64,000 bases of DNA from an uncultured Methanomassiliicoccales archaeon (lineage in GTDB: Archaea > Thermoplasmatota > Thermoplasmata > Methanomassiliicoccales > UBA472), in NCBI GenBank assembly GCA_942492955.1, contig OW818644.1, forward strand, positions 2,436,855-2,500,854, written 5' to 3'. The translations under genes and the position numbers were made by a program. Below are positions 17,828-27,718 of this stretch, piece by piece (the stretch's first letter is position 1; every line of letters begins with the position of its first letter). Under the pieces are notes generated by a model, which saw only the letters and a list, made by a program, of their open reading frames with translations, had not been told where the DNA came from and made no database searches.

Positions 17828-20800
17828 CTAGAACCCGAAGGTCCGGCCCGACGTCTCCATGAGATCGGATGACGACCCTTCGGGCATCTCGGCCCCATGA
17901 ATGCGATACTTTCCGCTCGGGACGCATATCTCGAAGCAGGCCCCTTTCCCGGGTTGACCTACTTCCTTGATCGTCATGCCGGTAATGCCCAGGATCTCCC
18001 TGGTGAGATTAAGGCCAAGACCGGTGTGCTTGCCATAGCCGCGGCGGAAGATCATCTCTTTCTCCTCATCGACGATGCCGATGCCATCGTCCTCGATGTA
18101 CAACTTCAGGTCACAGCCATCTTCCTGGCACCTTATGTTGATGTTCTTGACCTTCACTCCGTGCCGGACCGCGTTCTCCATCAGGTTGCTGAGCGCCTTG
18201 TCCAGCATCGTATCGGCGAAGAGCTCCAGGTCTCCGATCTCCATGTTGACCTTCGTGCCGTTCAGGTTCAGGTGCGGCATGTTGAACCGGAGGACCTTGC
18301 TCACGTTGATCCAGTTCGAACCCTTCGATCCAAGGGCCTCATATGAGCGGGTGTACTCCATCTGTTTCTGGATCACCATGGCCGCTTCCTTCGACCGAGT
18401 GAGGTATTTCTTGGTCCGGTCATCCGTTGCTATCGATGTCGCCAGTTCGATGTTGCCCATGAGCACCGTGAGCATGTTGAGGACGTCGTGGCGGGTGACC
18501 GCCCCGAGAAGGTTCAACTTGCGGTTCGACAGATGTATGCCCGACTCGATGTGTTTGCGCTCGGTGATGTCCTGCAGGGTGCCAATCAGCATCTTGGGTC
18601 GGCCGTATGTGTCCAGCACGGGCTTGGACCGATCATATAGCCAGATCTCCGAGCCATCTGCCTTCAGTGCCCGGAACTCGGCATCGATCTCGCGGTTCGT
18701 GCTGATCGATTCCTTCAAAATACCTTCAACGAGGGACCTCTCTTCCGGATGGACATGTTGGATGAACTTGGCAAAAGTGGCCTCGAAGGTCTGCGGCGAG
18801 TATCCCAGGATCTCGAAGACCTCGTCAGACATGTACAGTTTATCGGTGTGGAGGTCGTATTCCCAGTATCCGAAATGGGCGATACGCTGCGCGGCCAGCA
18901 GTCTCTCCCGGCTCTTCTTGATCTCTTCCTCGGCTTTCTTCCTGTCAGTGATGTCCTTGGTCATTGACACGAGGAGGGCCGGATCTCCCATCTTGTCCTT
19001 GACCGCCCATGAGGTCACTTCAGCGAAGTAGGGCTCACCGTTCATCTTCACCAGGGTGTACTCGAGCCGGTTCGCGTTGCCCGCGGCGATGAGCTCCTTG
19101 ATGTTCTCCATCATGGGTTCCCTCTCGTCCGGGGAAATGGCTTCGAGCATATTGTGACCGATGATCTCGTCCTTGCTCTGCAGGCCGGTCAATTCGAGCG
19201 CTCTCGGATTGCATTCGACGATCGTTCCATCCATGTCGATGAGATTGATCGCGTCCGGGGAGTAGTTGAGGATCGAGCGGAGCATTTCCTCCGAGTCCCG
19301 CAGCCTCTCCTCGGCCCGTCTTCTCTTGGTGACGTCACGGAAGCTCCAAACCCTGCCGACCACCTTTTCGCCAAGCTTCTGCGGTCTGGAATGCCGTTCG
19401 AAGATCCTTCCATCCAGAAGTTCGACGTCATCGTGGCTGATATGATTGTTCTGCGTTTTCAGGCGGTCGACCACGGCCATGAATCCCTCCGGGTCCCGCA
19501 CTTGCCTGGCCGCGATTCCCAGAATCTTCTGCTCGTTGCTTTTTTTGGCAATTTCGACGGGGATGCCCCACATCTCCAGGAACTGGTCGTTGTGAGCGGT
19601 CACCATTCCCTCGACATCTATCGCAAGGATGCCGTCGGCGGTCGATTCCAAGGTCGCTTTCAGCAACGAGTAGGAATGCTCCCTGTCGTTCCTCGCCTTG
19701 ATCCTCTCTGCGATGTCCCTGAACACGCCCACGTATCCGGTCACCCGGTCGTTCCTGTTCTTCAGGGCGATGACCGTCATCTCCATGTCGATCTCCGCGC
19801 CATCCTTGCGCGTCTGGATGACCTCGCCGCACATGCTCCCGATCGACTCCAACTGCTGGAATGCCAGGTCTGACGACTCGTTAGGGCGGTGGGTTCTCAA
19901 GAGTTCCCGCGCGCTCTTGCCCAGAACCTCCTCGGACCTCCACCCATACAGCCTTTCGGCGGCCGCATTCCAAGAATTGATGACGTGGTCGCTGTCGGTG
20001 GCGACGATCGCATCGTGGACATTCTCCATTAGATAAGCCTGATAATGCAATTGGGCCTCTTCGTGCTTCTTCTCCGTGATCTCCCGGATCTGCATGAAGA
20101 ACCCATCATTGGATGCGCCTGAACCGGCCAATGGGGTGACCATTCGCTCGACATAGATAAGGCCAGAACGGCATGATTGCGCGCCGTGAACACGTTTCAG
20201 CAACTCTAGGTCGATGGTCGAACTATGGATTATTGATTCGCCGCGCCTGATCCTCCGCTTCGCCTCGTCCGATAGCTCGAGGTCCCGGAAGATGTTCAGC
20301 CCCTTGATCTGGTTCGGGTCGGACACTCCCAATATATTGAGGGCGGCATCGTTGAGGTCGGTGAGCACTCCTTCCTTGTCGAATACCTCTATACCAACCG
20401 GCAGTTCGCCATATATGCGCTTGAACCGTTCCAGGCTGCGCTTGAGAGCGATCTCCTCCATGCGGCGCTCGGTCATGGCCTTGACCGCCATCATTAGCTC
20501 GGCCAAGCTGGTCTCGTTCTCATCGCCGCCCTTGATCACGAGGAAATTGGCCCCGCAGTTCAGCGCCTCCAATGCCACCTCCTGGTGGCAGCGCCCGGTG
20601 AAAAGAATGAATGGGACTCGGTCACCGCTATTCCTTAGTGTCTTGAGGAACTCGATGCCGTTCATCTCGTCCATCTGATAATCAGAGACGATGACGTCAT
20701 ATTGCTTGCGACTGATGAGCCTCAAACCCTCCTTGGCGGAGGTCGCGGTGTCGATCCTGAACGTCCCGGTCAGGTCAAGATAGTCTTTGGTCGCCTCGAG

Positions 20801-20839
20801 AATACCTACCTCGTCATCTACGACCAATATATCAAACAA
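17828..20839 (-). CDS. Hybrid sensor histidine kinase: N-terminal receiver (REC) + multiple PAS domains + HK core
   Basis: REC (ILVVDDE...VIVSDYQMDEMNG...LVIKG), several PAS/PAC-like segments, H-box LLGAVTRHDVLNML, N-box NLMENAVRHG, G-box GKHTGLGL. TTG start. Confidence 0.85.
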   Translation of the reverse strand: MFDILVVDDEVGILEATKDYLDLTGTFRIDTATSAKEGLRLISRKQYDVIVSDYQMDEMNGIEFLKTLRNSGDRVPFILFTGRCHQEVALEALNCGANFLVIKGGDENETSLAELMMAVKAMTERRMEEIALKRSLERFKRIYGELPVGIEVFDKEGVLTDLNDAALNILGVSDPNQIKGLNIFRDLELSDEAKRRIRRGESIIHSSTIDLELLKRVHGAQSCRSGLIYVERMVTPLAGSGASNDGFFMQIREITEKKHEEAQLHYQAYLMENVHDAIVATDSDHVINSWNAAAERLYGWRSEEVLGKSARELLRTHRPNESSDLAFQQLESIGSMCGEVIQTRKDGAEIDMEMTVIALKNRNDRVTGYVGVFRDIAERIKARNDREHSYSLLKATLESTADGILAIDVEGMVTAHNDQFLEMWGIPVEIAKKSNEQKILGIAARQVRDPEGFMAVVDRLKTQNNHISHDDVELLDGRIFERHSRPQKLGEKVVGRVWSFRDVTKRRRAEERLRDSEEMLRSILNYSPDAINLIDMDGTIVECNPRALELTGLQSKDEIIGHNMLEAISPDEREPMMENIKELIAAGNANRLEYTLVKMNGEPYFAEVTSWAVKDKMGDPALLVSMTKDITDRKKAEEEIKKSRERLLAAQRIAHFGYWEYDLHTDKLYMSDEVFEILGYSPQTFEATFAKFIQHVHPEERSLVEGILKESISTNREIDAEFRALKADGSEIWLYDRSKPVLDTYGRPKMLIGTLQDITERKHIESGIHLSNRKLNLLGAVTRHDVLNMLTVLMGNIELATSIATDDRTKKYLTRSKEAAMVIQKQMEYTRSYEALGSKGSNWINVSKVLRFNMPHLNLNGTKVNMEIGDLELFADTMLDKALSNLMENAVRHGVKVKNINIRCQEDGCDLKLYIEDDGIGIVDEEKEMIFRRGYGKHTGLGLNLTREILGITGMTIKEVGQPGKGACFEICVPSGKYRIHGAEMPEGSSSDLMETSGRTFGF

Positions 20840-21024
20840 ACGTTACACCCGGACCCGAAGGTAGACTCGAACCTTCGCATATTCCACCATTTTGATTCTA
20901 TTTTAATCGTACAGTTCAAATTGCATTTTCTGAGATTCACGGTGCGAAGCGCGGCCAGATTCCCCATGAAATAATATATTCATGAACAAAATAATGAAGC
21001 AAGTGCCGTGTCCAGCATTCTGGA

Positions 21025-22818
21025 TCACAGTTGCACTTTCTTTTTCTCGGTTCCCTGGACCTTCTTCAGCTTCCCGTTGTCCAATGCCCATTTGAAGAGC
21101 GGCATTTCGCTGGGCGCGACGGAGACCTTGTCTCCGGCCTTGAAGTTCCGCTTGGAGGTCCATTCGGTGAACGATGACAGCACCTTATAGAATCCCGCCT
21201 CCTCGACCACCACCTCCTGGAACGTCTTTGAGCCCTTCATCTCGGTGTATGTTCCGGGGAACACCTTGGCCTTGCCGTCCTTCATTTCGCATATCTTGTT
21301 GCACACGGCGTCCAAGAAGTAACGGTCGTGGGTCACCACGACCATAGTCCCGGTGTAATCGGCCAATGCCGATTCGACAGCGTTCTTTGACGGAATGTCC
21401 AGATAGTTGGTCGGCTCGTCTAGGACGAGCAGGTTCCGACGCTCCGCGATCAGGGATGCCAGGGCTACCTTGGCCCTCTCCCCTCCGGATAGTGTCCTTA
21501 TCGGCCGGTTGGCGTCGTATCCGGTGATCATCTGCCTGGCCAACAGGCTCCTGGCCTTGAGCTTCTCATCCGGACCGAGGTCCAGCAGCAGTTGCTGTTC
21601 CGCGCTGATGTCGGGGTTCAGGTGGTCATGGCCCTGAGCGAAGTAACCGATCTTGGCACCTGGCGCCACCCACAGTTCGCCTGAATGCTCGATCTCTCCC
21701 ATCACGGCCCGGATCAGCGTGGTCTTCCCGCACCCGTTGGGTCCGATGACGCCGATCTTGTCCCCCACCTCGACGTCCAGATCGAGCCCGTCGATGATCT
21801 TCCTGCCGCCCAGCTCGACGGTCACGTTCTTGGCCCGGATGGCCTCGCGCCCGCCCCGGCTGGCGCTCTCGATCCTCATTTTGATATCGCGTTCCTCGCG
21901 GGGAGGATCGACCTTGTCCATGCGGTCTATGCGCTTGAGCGTGACCTTGTGCGTGGCCTTGTACCAAAGCTTGGCGTGCTGCTGCTCGGCCATCTTCTCC
22001 AATCGGTCCTTCTCCGTGGAGTACTTCTCGGCCGCCATCTTCAACCGTTCATATTCCAGTTCCTTCTTTTCCACGAACTGGGTGTAATTGCCGGAGTATT
22101 GGTTGGTGACCCCTTCTTCGAGTTCGACGATCTGGTTCGCGACCCGGTCCATGAAATAACGGTCGTGGGACACGATCAGGAGCCCCGAACCGATGGTCAT
22201 GAGATACTCCTCGAGCCACTCGACGGTATCGATATCAAGGTGGCTGGTCGGCTCATCAAGGATGATCAGGTCAGCATCCTCGGCTTGCATCAGTATCTGG
22301 GCGATGCGGGCTTTGGTGCGCTCGCCTCCGCTCATCTCTGACATGAGGCCCTCGGTCATGTGCTCGAGACCGACCGTTACGAGCGCGTCCTTTGTCTTGG
22401 CCCCTGTCCCTTTCGAGCCGGTCTTGGCCATCTCCTCATGAAGGGAGTTGTATTCCTCCATGAGCGAATCCCAGTCCATGCCGCCGCTCTCCGGCCCGTC
22501 GACCATCATACTCTCCAGCTCGGCCATCCTCGCCTCCTGCTTGGTCGAGGTGGAGGTGCTGTTCAGGAGGTCCTCAACCTTGTCAGGGCCTCCTTCCTGA
22601 GCGAACTGCGACAGATAGCATATCTTCTTCGCTCGGATGGCGATCTCGCCGGTGTCCGGCTTGATCTCACCCATGAGGATCTTCAGAAGTGTGGTCTTGC
22701 CGGCACCGTTCCTTCCTACGAGCCCGACCCGGTCACCCTCGTTGATCTGCAAGGTGGCCGAACGCAGCACTTCCTTGGCGTTGAAGGCGCGTGAGATGGA
22801 ATCGGCCCGGATGATCAT
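21025..22818 (-). CDS. ABC-F family ATPase (two nucleotide-binding domains, no TM domain)
   Basis: Two Walker A motifs (GRNGAGKTT, GPNGCGKTT), two signatures (LSGGERAK, MSGGERTK) and an inter-domain charged linker. I used the internal Met (MIIRADSISRAF) of ORF 21025..22920. Confidence 0.85.
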   Translation of the reverse strand: MIIRADSISRAFNAKEVLRSATLQINEGDRVGLVGRNGAGKTTLLKILMGEIKPDTGEIAIRAKKICYLSQFAQEGGPDKVEDLLNSTSTSTKQEARMAELESMMVDGPESGGMDWDSLMEEYNSLHEEMAKTGSKGTGAKTKDALVTVGLEHMTEGLMSEMSGGERTKARIAQILMQAEDADLIILDEPTSHLDIDTVEWLEEYLMTIGSGLLIVSHDRYFMDRVANQIVELEEGVTNQYSGNYTQFVEKKELEYERLKMAAEKYSTEKDRLEKMAEQQHAKLWYKATHKVTLKRIDRMDKVDPPREERDIKMRIESASRGGREAIRAKNVTVELGGRKIIDGLDLDVEVGDKIGVIGPNGCGKTTLIRAVMGEIEHSGELWVAPGAKIGYFAQGHDHLNPDISAEQQLLLDLGPDEKLKARSLLARQMITGYDANRPIRTLSGGERAKVALASLIAERRNLLVLDEPTNYLDIPSKNAVESALADYTGTMVVVTHDRYFLDAVCNKICEMKDGKAKVFPGTYTEMKGSKTFQEVVVEEAGFYKVLSSFTEWTSKRNFKAGDKVSVAPSEMPLFKWALDNGKLKKVQGTEKKKVQL

Positions 22819-23104
22819 AACGCTGCCATTACGCAACCGTTTAAAAAGGTTTGTCTTTGTAGATTCAACTGGCAGGCGATACCGTGACCCATAATCAGGC
22901 AGTCCTGTCACTGTGAACATCCAAGTGTTCCCTGTTCCTCATCCTTTTCAGATTGTTTCGAACGATTCTACAAAATGTTCTGGATCGATTTGTCCAACGT
23001 CCTGGTTAATTATCGCGATGAAACGTGTCGGAGCCGATCAAAACTTGGTGTTCAATATTCGATTCGGGTGTAAAGCATAACTAACCAGGCGGGATACCTC
23101 CCCT

Positions 23105-24211
23105 ATGACGTCAAGAGCCGCCCTAAGGACCAGATTTGTAATCATTGGTGGGTATCTTGGGGCTGGAAAAACAACTCTGGCCACCGCGATTGGCCGGGAA
23201 TTGAAGGAAAAACACGACCTGTCAGTGGCCATCATAACAAATGACCAGGGCAACGTATTGGTTGACACCGAATTCGTCAGGAACGCAGGGTTCGACGTTA
23301 TGGATGTCATGGGAGGCTGTTTTTGCTCCAATTTCAACGATTTTGTCAAGAACGCCCGAAGCCTGGTACAAGTAGGGAAACCGGACATCATCATCGCGGA
23401 ACCGATCGGAACCTCGACGAACATCCTCGCTTCGGTCGTAGTACCAATGAGGACCATGTACCCTGAAGAATTCGAGGTGGCACCTCTTCTCGTGGTCCTC
23501 GACGGGACCAGAATAACGGAACTATTGGAAAAATCTCAGGGCTTCGGCTTGGGGTCGAGCAAGATAATTCCCGCGCATCAGCTTCATGAGGCGGAATACG
23601 TCCTGATCTCCAAGGCTGACAGAATGACCGAGGAACAGATCGATGAAGCCACCAGGAATGTGAAACTGGAAGTCCCCGAGGCCACAGTGATAGTGTTCTC
23701 TTCCAAATCCATGACCAATATGGACCAGATCATCGATGTCATTTTATCGGATAAATTGAGCGAGAAGGCGGCCGCTCCGACGGACAATCGCATGTTCGCG
23801 ATGGAGAAGGCCTCAATGGGCTGGTATAACGCCACCGCGCACCTGCATACATCTGCCCCGGTCGATCTCTATGTTTTCATCAAATCTCTCCTGACAAAGG
23901 TCTCGTCCAAATTCGGGAGCGAGGCCATCGCGCACGTCAAGGTCCTGGTCGAGTCGAGGGAAGCGGCGGTCAAGATGAGCCTGGTGATGGATTCCATTCA
24001 GACCGATGGGATAAGGGGTGGAAGATATCTCAAGAGCGATGGTAGATTGATCTTGAATGCCCGGGTCTCCGCTTCACCCAAAGATCTAAAGGACTTCTTC
24101 GAAGGCGTAGTGGCCTCAACCGCTTCGGAAATGGACGTCCAAATGGAGGGCTTCTCAGAGCTTTGCTTCTCACCGAAGCCGGAGACGCCGAGCCATCTCA
24201 TGAAAAGCTAG
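23105..24211 (+). CDS. G3E-family P-loop GTPase (CobW/HypB/UreG-like putative metallochaperone) with an uncharacterised ~190-aa C-terminal domain
   Basis: Walker A GGYLGAGKTT, IITNDQG, a Cys motif GGCFCSN where CobW has GCxCC, Walker B IIIAEPIGTS, and SKAD (NKxD-like). Confidence 0.6.
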   Translation: MTSRAALRTRFVIIGGYLGAGKTTLATAIGRELKEKHDLSVAIITNDQGNVLVDTEFVRNAGFDVMDVMGGCFCSNFNDFVKNARSLVQVGKPDIIIAEPIGTSTNILASVVVPMRTMYPEEFEVAPLLVVLDGTRITELLEKSQGFGLGSSKIIPAHQLHEAEYVLISKADRMTEEQIDEATRNVKLEVPEATVIVFSSKSMTNMDQIIDVILSDKLSEKAAAPTDNRMFAMEKASMGWYNATAHLHTSAPVDLYVFIKSLLTKVSSKFGSEAIAHVKVLVESREAAVKMSLVMDSIQTDGIRGGRYLKSDGRLILNARVSASPKDLKDFFEGVVASTASEMDVQMEGFSELCFSPKPETPSHLMKS

Positions 24212-24334
24212 ATCATCGTTTGTGGCGGGCGGGGAGCCAATCCCCCATATTCTTTCTTTTAGCGGTTCGATCCAGCTTCATTCTTGAATGACCGAAGAAC
24301 GGCTGACTGCCGGTCCACCAGCGATTCGAGGGCG

Positions 24335-24694
24335 TCACTTGAACAGTTCATCGTCCGTCCCTTGAACGGTCCTCTGTATCTCCAGGTCCTTCTCGGAGAG
24401 GCGCATCTCGGCCATGACCTGGTCATGCATGTCATCATGCATGCGTTGCTTTTCCAGTTCGGTGATGTTCGTGCCGAGGATCTCTTCGCCGTTCTTCATG
24501 AGAATGATACCAAGGCAGAGCATCACCATGCCCATGCTCATGCCTGCTGACTCCACCGCATACAGATCGATGGAATCCCCTGGATTGACCGTAAAGGCCA
24601 TCGCCAGAGAGGAGACCGTCACCGCTATCCCGGCGATGATGAGCACCAAGAAGATGATCCTGGTCCGGCTCTTAATGAGGTCAGAAAGTGGCAA
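24335..24694 (-). CDS. Small membrane protein (2 predicted TMs, acidic/His-rich C-terminal tail); unknown function
   Basis: Hydrophobic segments IIFLVLIIAGIAVTVSSLAMAF and MSMGMVMLCLGIILM, plus a tail MHDDMHDQVMAEM. Confidence 0.45.
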   Translation of the reverse strand: MPLSDLIKSRTRIIFLVLIIAGIAVTVSSLAMAFTVNPGDSIDLYAVESAGMSMGMVMLCLGIILMKNGEEILGTNITELEKQRMHDDMHDQVMAEMRLSEKDLEIQRTVQGTDDELFK

Positions 24695-24822
24695 GGCCGT
24701 ATGCTCCGATATTGAACGAAGTTTGTCTGCGGTTAATAAGGTACGCCCCCAGGTGTCATGGTTTGATAATCGTCCCTGCGCTGAAATGAAAGCAATTCCG
24801 AGGAAATGCAGGGGTGTCGATC

Positions 24823-26316
24823 CTAGAACTTGAGATTCTCTGTCAGATCCCTCTCGGTGAACACCGCTCCAGGGTTCATCAGGTCCTCCGGGTCGAATAG
24901 CTGCTTGATCTCACGGAAATAGGCGAACGCCCGCTTACCCCATTCTTCAGGAAGGTATTTCGATCGGTTCCTGCCCATACCATGCTCCCCGGTGATGGTG
25001 CCGTCGTTCTCTAGCACGGCATGGAAGCACTTGTCGGCCAGCCTCTTGGTGAGCTCTTCCCACCCTTCCTTCTTGATGTAGGGGCGGACATGCAGGTTGC
25101 CCTCGCCAACGTGGCCGTACATGATCGCCTGCGTTCCCTCATCCCGGAAGATCGAATCCAGGCGATCGATCAGCTCAGGCAACCGTTCCGGCGGCACGGC
25201 CAGGTCGTCGATGAAGGAAAGGAACTTCAGCTCCGGCCGTTCCAGTTCATGCTTGATGCGCAGCAGGTTGCTCTCCCTCACCGCCCAGATCTTATCGATG
25301 AGCCCCGGGTCCCGGAAGACCAGATTCTTGCTGCCAGTTCCTTTCAGCAGTGCCGACATCTTCGACTCGGCCCCACTCAGCGCCTCGTCGAACTCAAGCA
25401 TGATGACCGCCTTTGCTTCAGGGGGGACCGTCATCAGGGAGGACATGTTCTTGACCCCGAACGTGTCCATCATCTCGAACGCCGATGGTCCGAACGCTCT
25501 CGCGGACAGCGTTTTCCGGACCGCGTTGGGCAGCGAGTCAAAGAAAGCCAGGTAAAGCACTCTCTCCTTGTGGACCGGACTCAGTTTGAGGCTGACCTCG
25601 GTGAACACGGAGAGCGTTCCAACCGAACCCACCATAAGATGGGCCGCGACCTGGTTCACATCCTTCTTTTCAAGCAACGCCCCTAAGTTATATCCACTGC
25701 TGGATTTGAGGCTGGCGCGGCTCTCCATCAACAGCAGCATATCCTCGTCCTCACGGAAACGCGAGGTGATGTCCTCCAATGCCAGTCGTAGCTCCAGGGG
25801 CAGTTCCTTGGCGGTGTCCACCAAGCCAAAGACCGGGCTGACGAAGCGCAGCGAATCCAGGCAGTTGTCGACACTACCGTACTTGAGCGAACGGATACCG
25901 CTCGCCCTTGTCCCGACGTTCCCCCCGATAGTGCAGAACGCCCGGGAGCTGGGGTCGTACGGAATGAAGAACCCGTCCTCCCTGGCCTGTTTGTCCAGAT
26001 TGTTGAACACCATTCCTGGCTGGCAGGAATAGATGCTTCCTTCCTTCTTGATGAACCGGTCCAGCTCCCGGGTCAGGATGATCATGCCATCGCCTATCGC
26101 CGAACCAGATAGGTTGGAGCCAGCACCCCTCGGGGTTATCGCGGTCCCGGTCCTCACAGCGAATTCGACCGCCACCTCGACATCGTGCTCGTCCAATGGG
26201 ATGGCCACGATCTTCGGCCTCATGTAATAGTGGCTGAGGTCGCTGCTGTATCTCTCCAGTTGCCTCTCGTCCGATATTACTTTCCCTTTGATCGATAGGA
26301 CGTCGTTCGTTGTCAT
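24823..26316 (-). CDS. FAD-linked oxidase (GlcD / D-lactate dehydrogenase family)
   Basis: The FAD-binding PCMH-type N-domain is present (ITPRGAGSNLSGSAIG), and the C-terminal FAD-oxidase_C-like end is also present (GTITGEHGMGRNRSKYL). Confidence 0.8.
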   Translation of the reverse strand: MTTNDVLSIKGKVISDERQLERYSSDLSHYYMRPKIVAIPLDEHDVEVAVEFAVRTGTAITPRGAGSNLSGSAIGDGMIILTRELDRFIKKEGSIYSCQPGMVFNNLDKQAREDGFFIPYDPSSRAFCTIGGNVGTRASGIRSLKYGSVDNCLDSLRFVSPVFGLVDTAKELPLELRLALEDITSRFREDEDMLLLMESRASLKSSSGYNLGALLEKKDVNQVAAHLMVGSVGTLSVFTEVSLKLSPVHKERVLYLAFFDSLPNAVRKTLSARAFGPSAFEMMDTFGVKNMSSLMTVPPEAKAVIMLEFDEALSGAESKMSALLKGTGSKNLVFRDPGLIDKIWAVRESNLLRIKHELERPELKFLSFIDDLAVPPERLPELIDRLDSIFRDEGTQAIMYGHVGEGNLHVRPYIKKEGWEELTKRLADKCFHAVLENDGTITGEHGMGRNRSKYLPEEWGKRAFAYFREIKQLFDPEDLMNPGAVFTERDLTENLKF

Positions 26317-26318
26317 TC

Positions 26319-27680
26319 CTAAGCTCCGATATCTGACCGTTTCAGCGGGTCGGTCATCCGGATAATCGCGCTCACCGAATCTTGGTTGAAACCTTTAAAA
26401 CCGTGGTCCCTCTGGACTATCTCCAGATGACTTCCGACCGCCCCATACTCGACGAACCTGGTAGCCTGTTTCTCCGAGACATAGCTGGACGCTACCAGAC
26501 GTTCCATTCGGCCCTTCGGGGGCATCCATTGTTCCGCTTCTATGAAGGACTGCTTGAGGAAATCGAAGTTCGAGAAAGGTTTCATCGAGACGACCTCCCT
26601 GGCTCCCAGGTCCTCCCGCATTCCCTTGAAATCGGATCCGACCGCCAAATGATGCATTCCTGAGTCCAGGACGCTTTCGCCGTGCAGTCCGACCCACAGT
26701 CCCACTGTGCCCAGCCTGTCCAATGGTTCGAGCTCTTGGGCAACAAAGTCGGTGTGGCCCTCTTCCGCTCCCAGGTCCACATCGGCAAAGACCACCAGAC
26801 CGGAATCTGGCTGTTCCATGACCTGAGCTCCCCAGCCGGCTTGCGCACCGGCGAAGAAACGTTCGCGTTTCGTCAGCCCCATCTCTTCGAAGATGGCAAT
26901 GACCTTGCCGAAGTTCTCCCTCGAGCATCGGAACGTGTGATGGTCATGGTTCCCAAATCCAAGCCCAAGCAGTTCCTGGCGCCTGAACTGCAACATGCCG
27001 GCCCGGTTCCTCGATAGCCAATAAGCCCTTTCAGCACGGAAGAAAGCATCAGCCAGGCGCGCCGGGGCCAGGGTTTCCCGGAGGGCCTTTATCCTATCTC
27101 TGAGATCATCCATGCCATCGGCGTCGTCCTCGAAGGTCCTCTTCCTGGAGGAGAGGCTGTTCAGAGCGTCCGTATACTCCTTTAGGTCAATAGCCTGGTG
27201 CACATCGAATGATATGCTCCCATGCCTCTCGACAGCGCATAAAGAGTGATCGTCCTCACGGTTCAGCTCGACCGTTCTTAGCGGAGCGTTCACTTCCCCG
27301 AAGATCTTTTTTTCGCCCTGGTGGTTTGCGGCTAGGAACCGTTCCAGGTCGTCGACCTTCAATGAAATGTTGAAGTGCCTGTCGTCCCGCAGCATTATCG
27401 GGAAGAATGCCCCACCATGATGTTTGTATACCTCACCATCCAAGCCAATGGCCCGTTCCTTGACGTATCCGAGCCCCATGAGGTCCTGATTGGTCGCGGT
27501 GCCCTTCGGGATCTCCATGCTGTCCACCCAATCGATGAAACGGGTTGAGCTGGTGTTCTCTATCTCTCCCCGGACAAGATCGGCATAGCGATTCCCGTTC
27601 AGGAACGACCGGACCAATCCAGAAAGGAACGTCTCGGTCTCCGGATACAACTGCCAGTCCCAATCGTTCGTTGCGACCAT
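26319..27680 (-). CDS. Uncharacterised 453-aa soluble protein, His-rich; possibly a metal-dependent enzyme
   Basis: No family recognised with confidence. Repeated beta-alpha-beta-like modules carry His pairs (KHHGGAFFPI, GNHDHHTFRC, SGMHHLAVGS, GSHLEIV). Its stop lies 2 nt before the FAD oxidase start. Confidence 0.5.
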   Translation of the reverse strand: MVATNDWDWQLYPETETFLSGLVRSFLNGNRYADLVRGEIENTSSTRFIDWVDSMEIPKGTATNQDLMGLGYVKERAIGLDGEVYKHHGGAFFPIMLRDDRHFNISLKVDDLERFLAANHQGEKKIFGEVNAPLRTVELNREDDHSLCAVERHGSISFDVHQAIDLKEYTDALNSLSSRKRTFEDDADGMDDLRDRIKALRETLAPARLADAFFRAERAYWLSRNRAGMLQFRRQELLGLGFGNHDHHTFRCSRENFGKVIAIFEEMGLTKRERFFAGAQAGWGAQVMEQPDSGLVVFADVDLGAEEGHTDFVAQELEPLDRLGTVGLWVGLHGESVLDSGMHHLAVGSDFKGMREDLGAREVVSMKPFSNFDFLKQSFIEAEQWMPPKGRMERLVASSYVSEKQATRFVEYGAVGSHLEIVQRDHGFKGFNQDSVSAIIRMTDPLKRSDIGA

Positions 27681-27718
27681 AACAGAATTGAACTAGGGGC
27701 CCCGTTGGTAGATAATCG

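Noticed and set aside
20856-20877. Hairpin CGAAGGT-agactcga-ACCTTCG, whose minus-strand reading (GGTTCGAGTC) resembles a tRNA T-arm
   Set aside because: The flanks are AT-rich and cannot form acceptor, D or anticodon arms. It lies 17 nt upstream of the TTG start of the REC-PAS kinase, so it is at most a 5'-UTR structure, not a tRNA.
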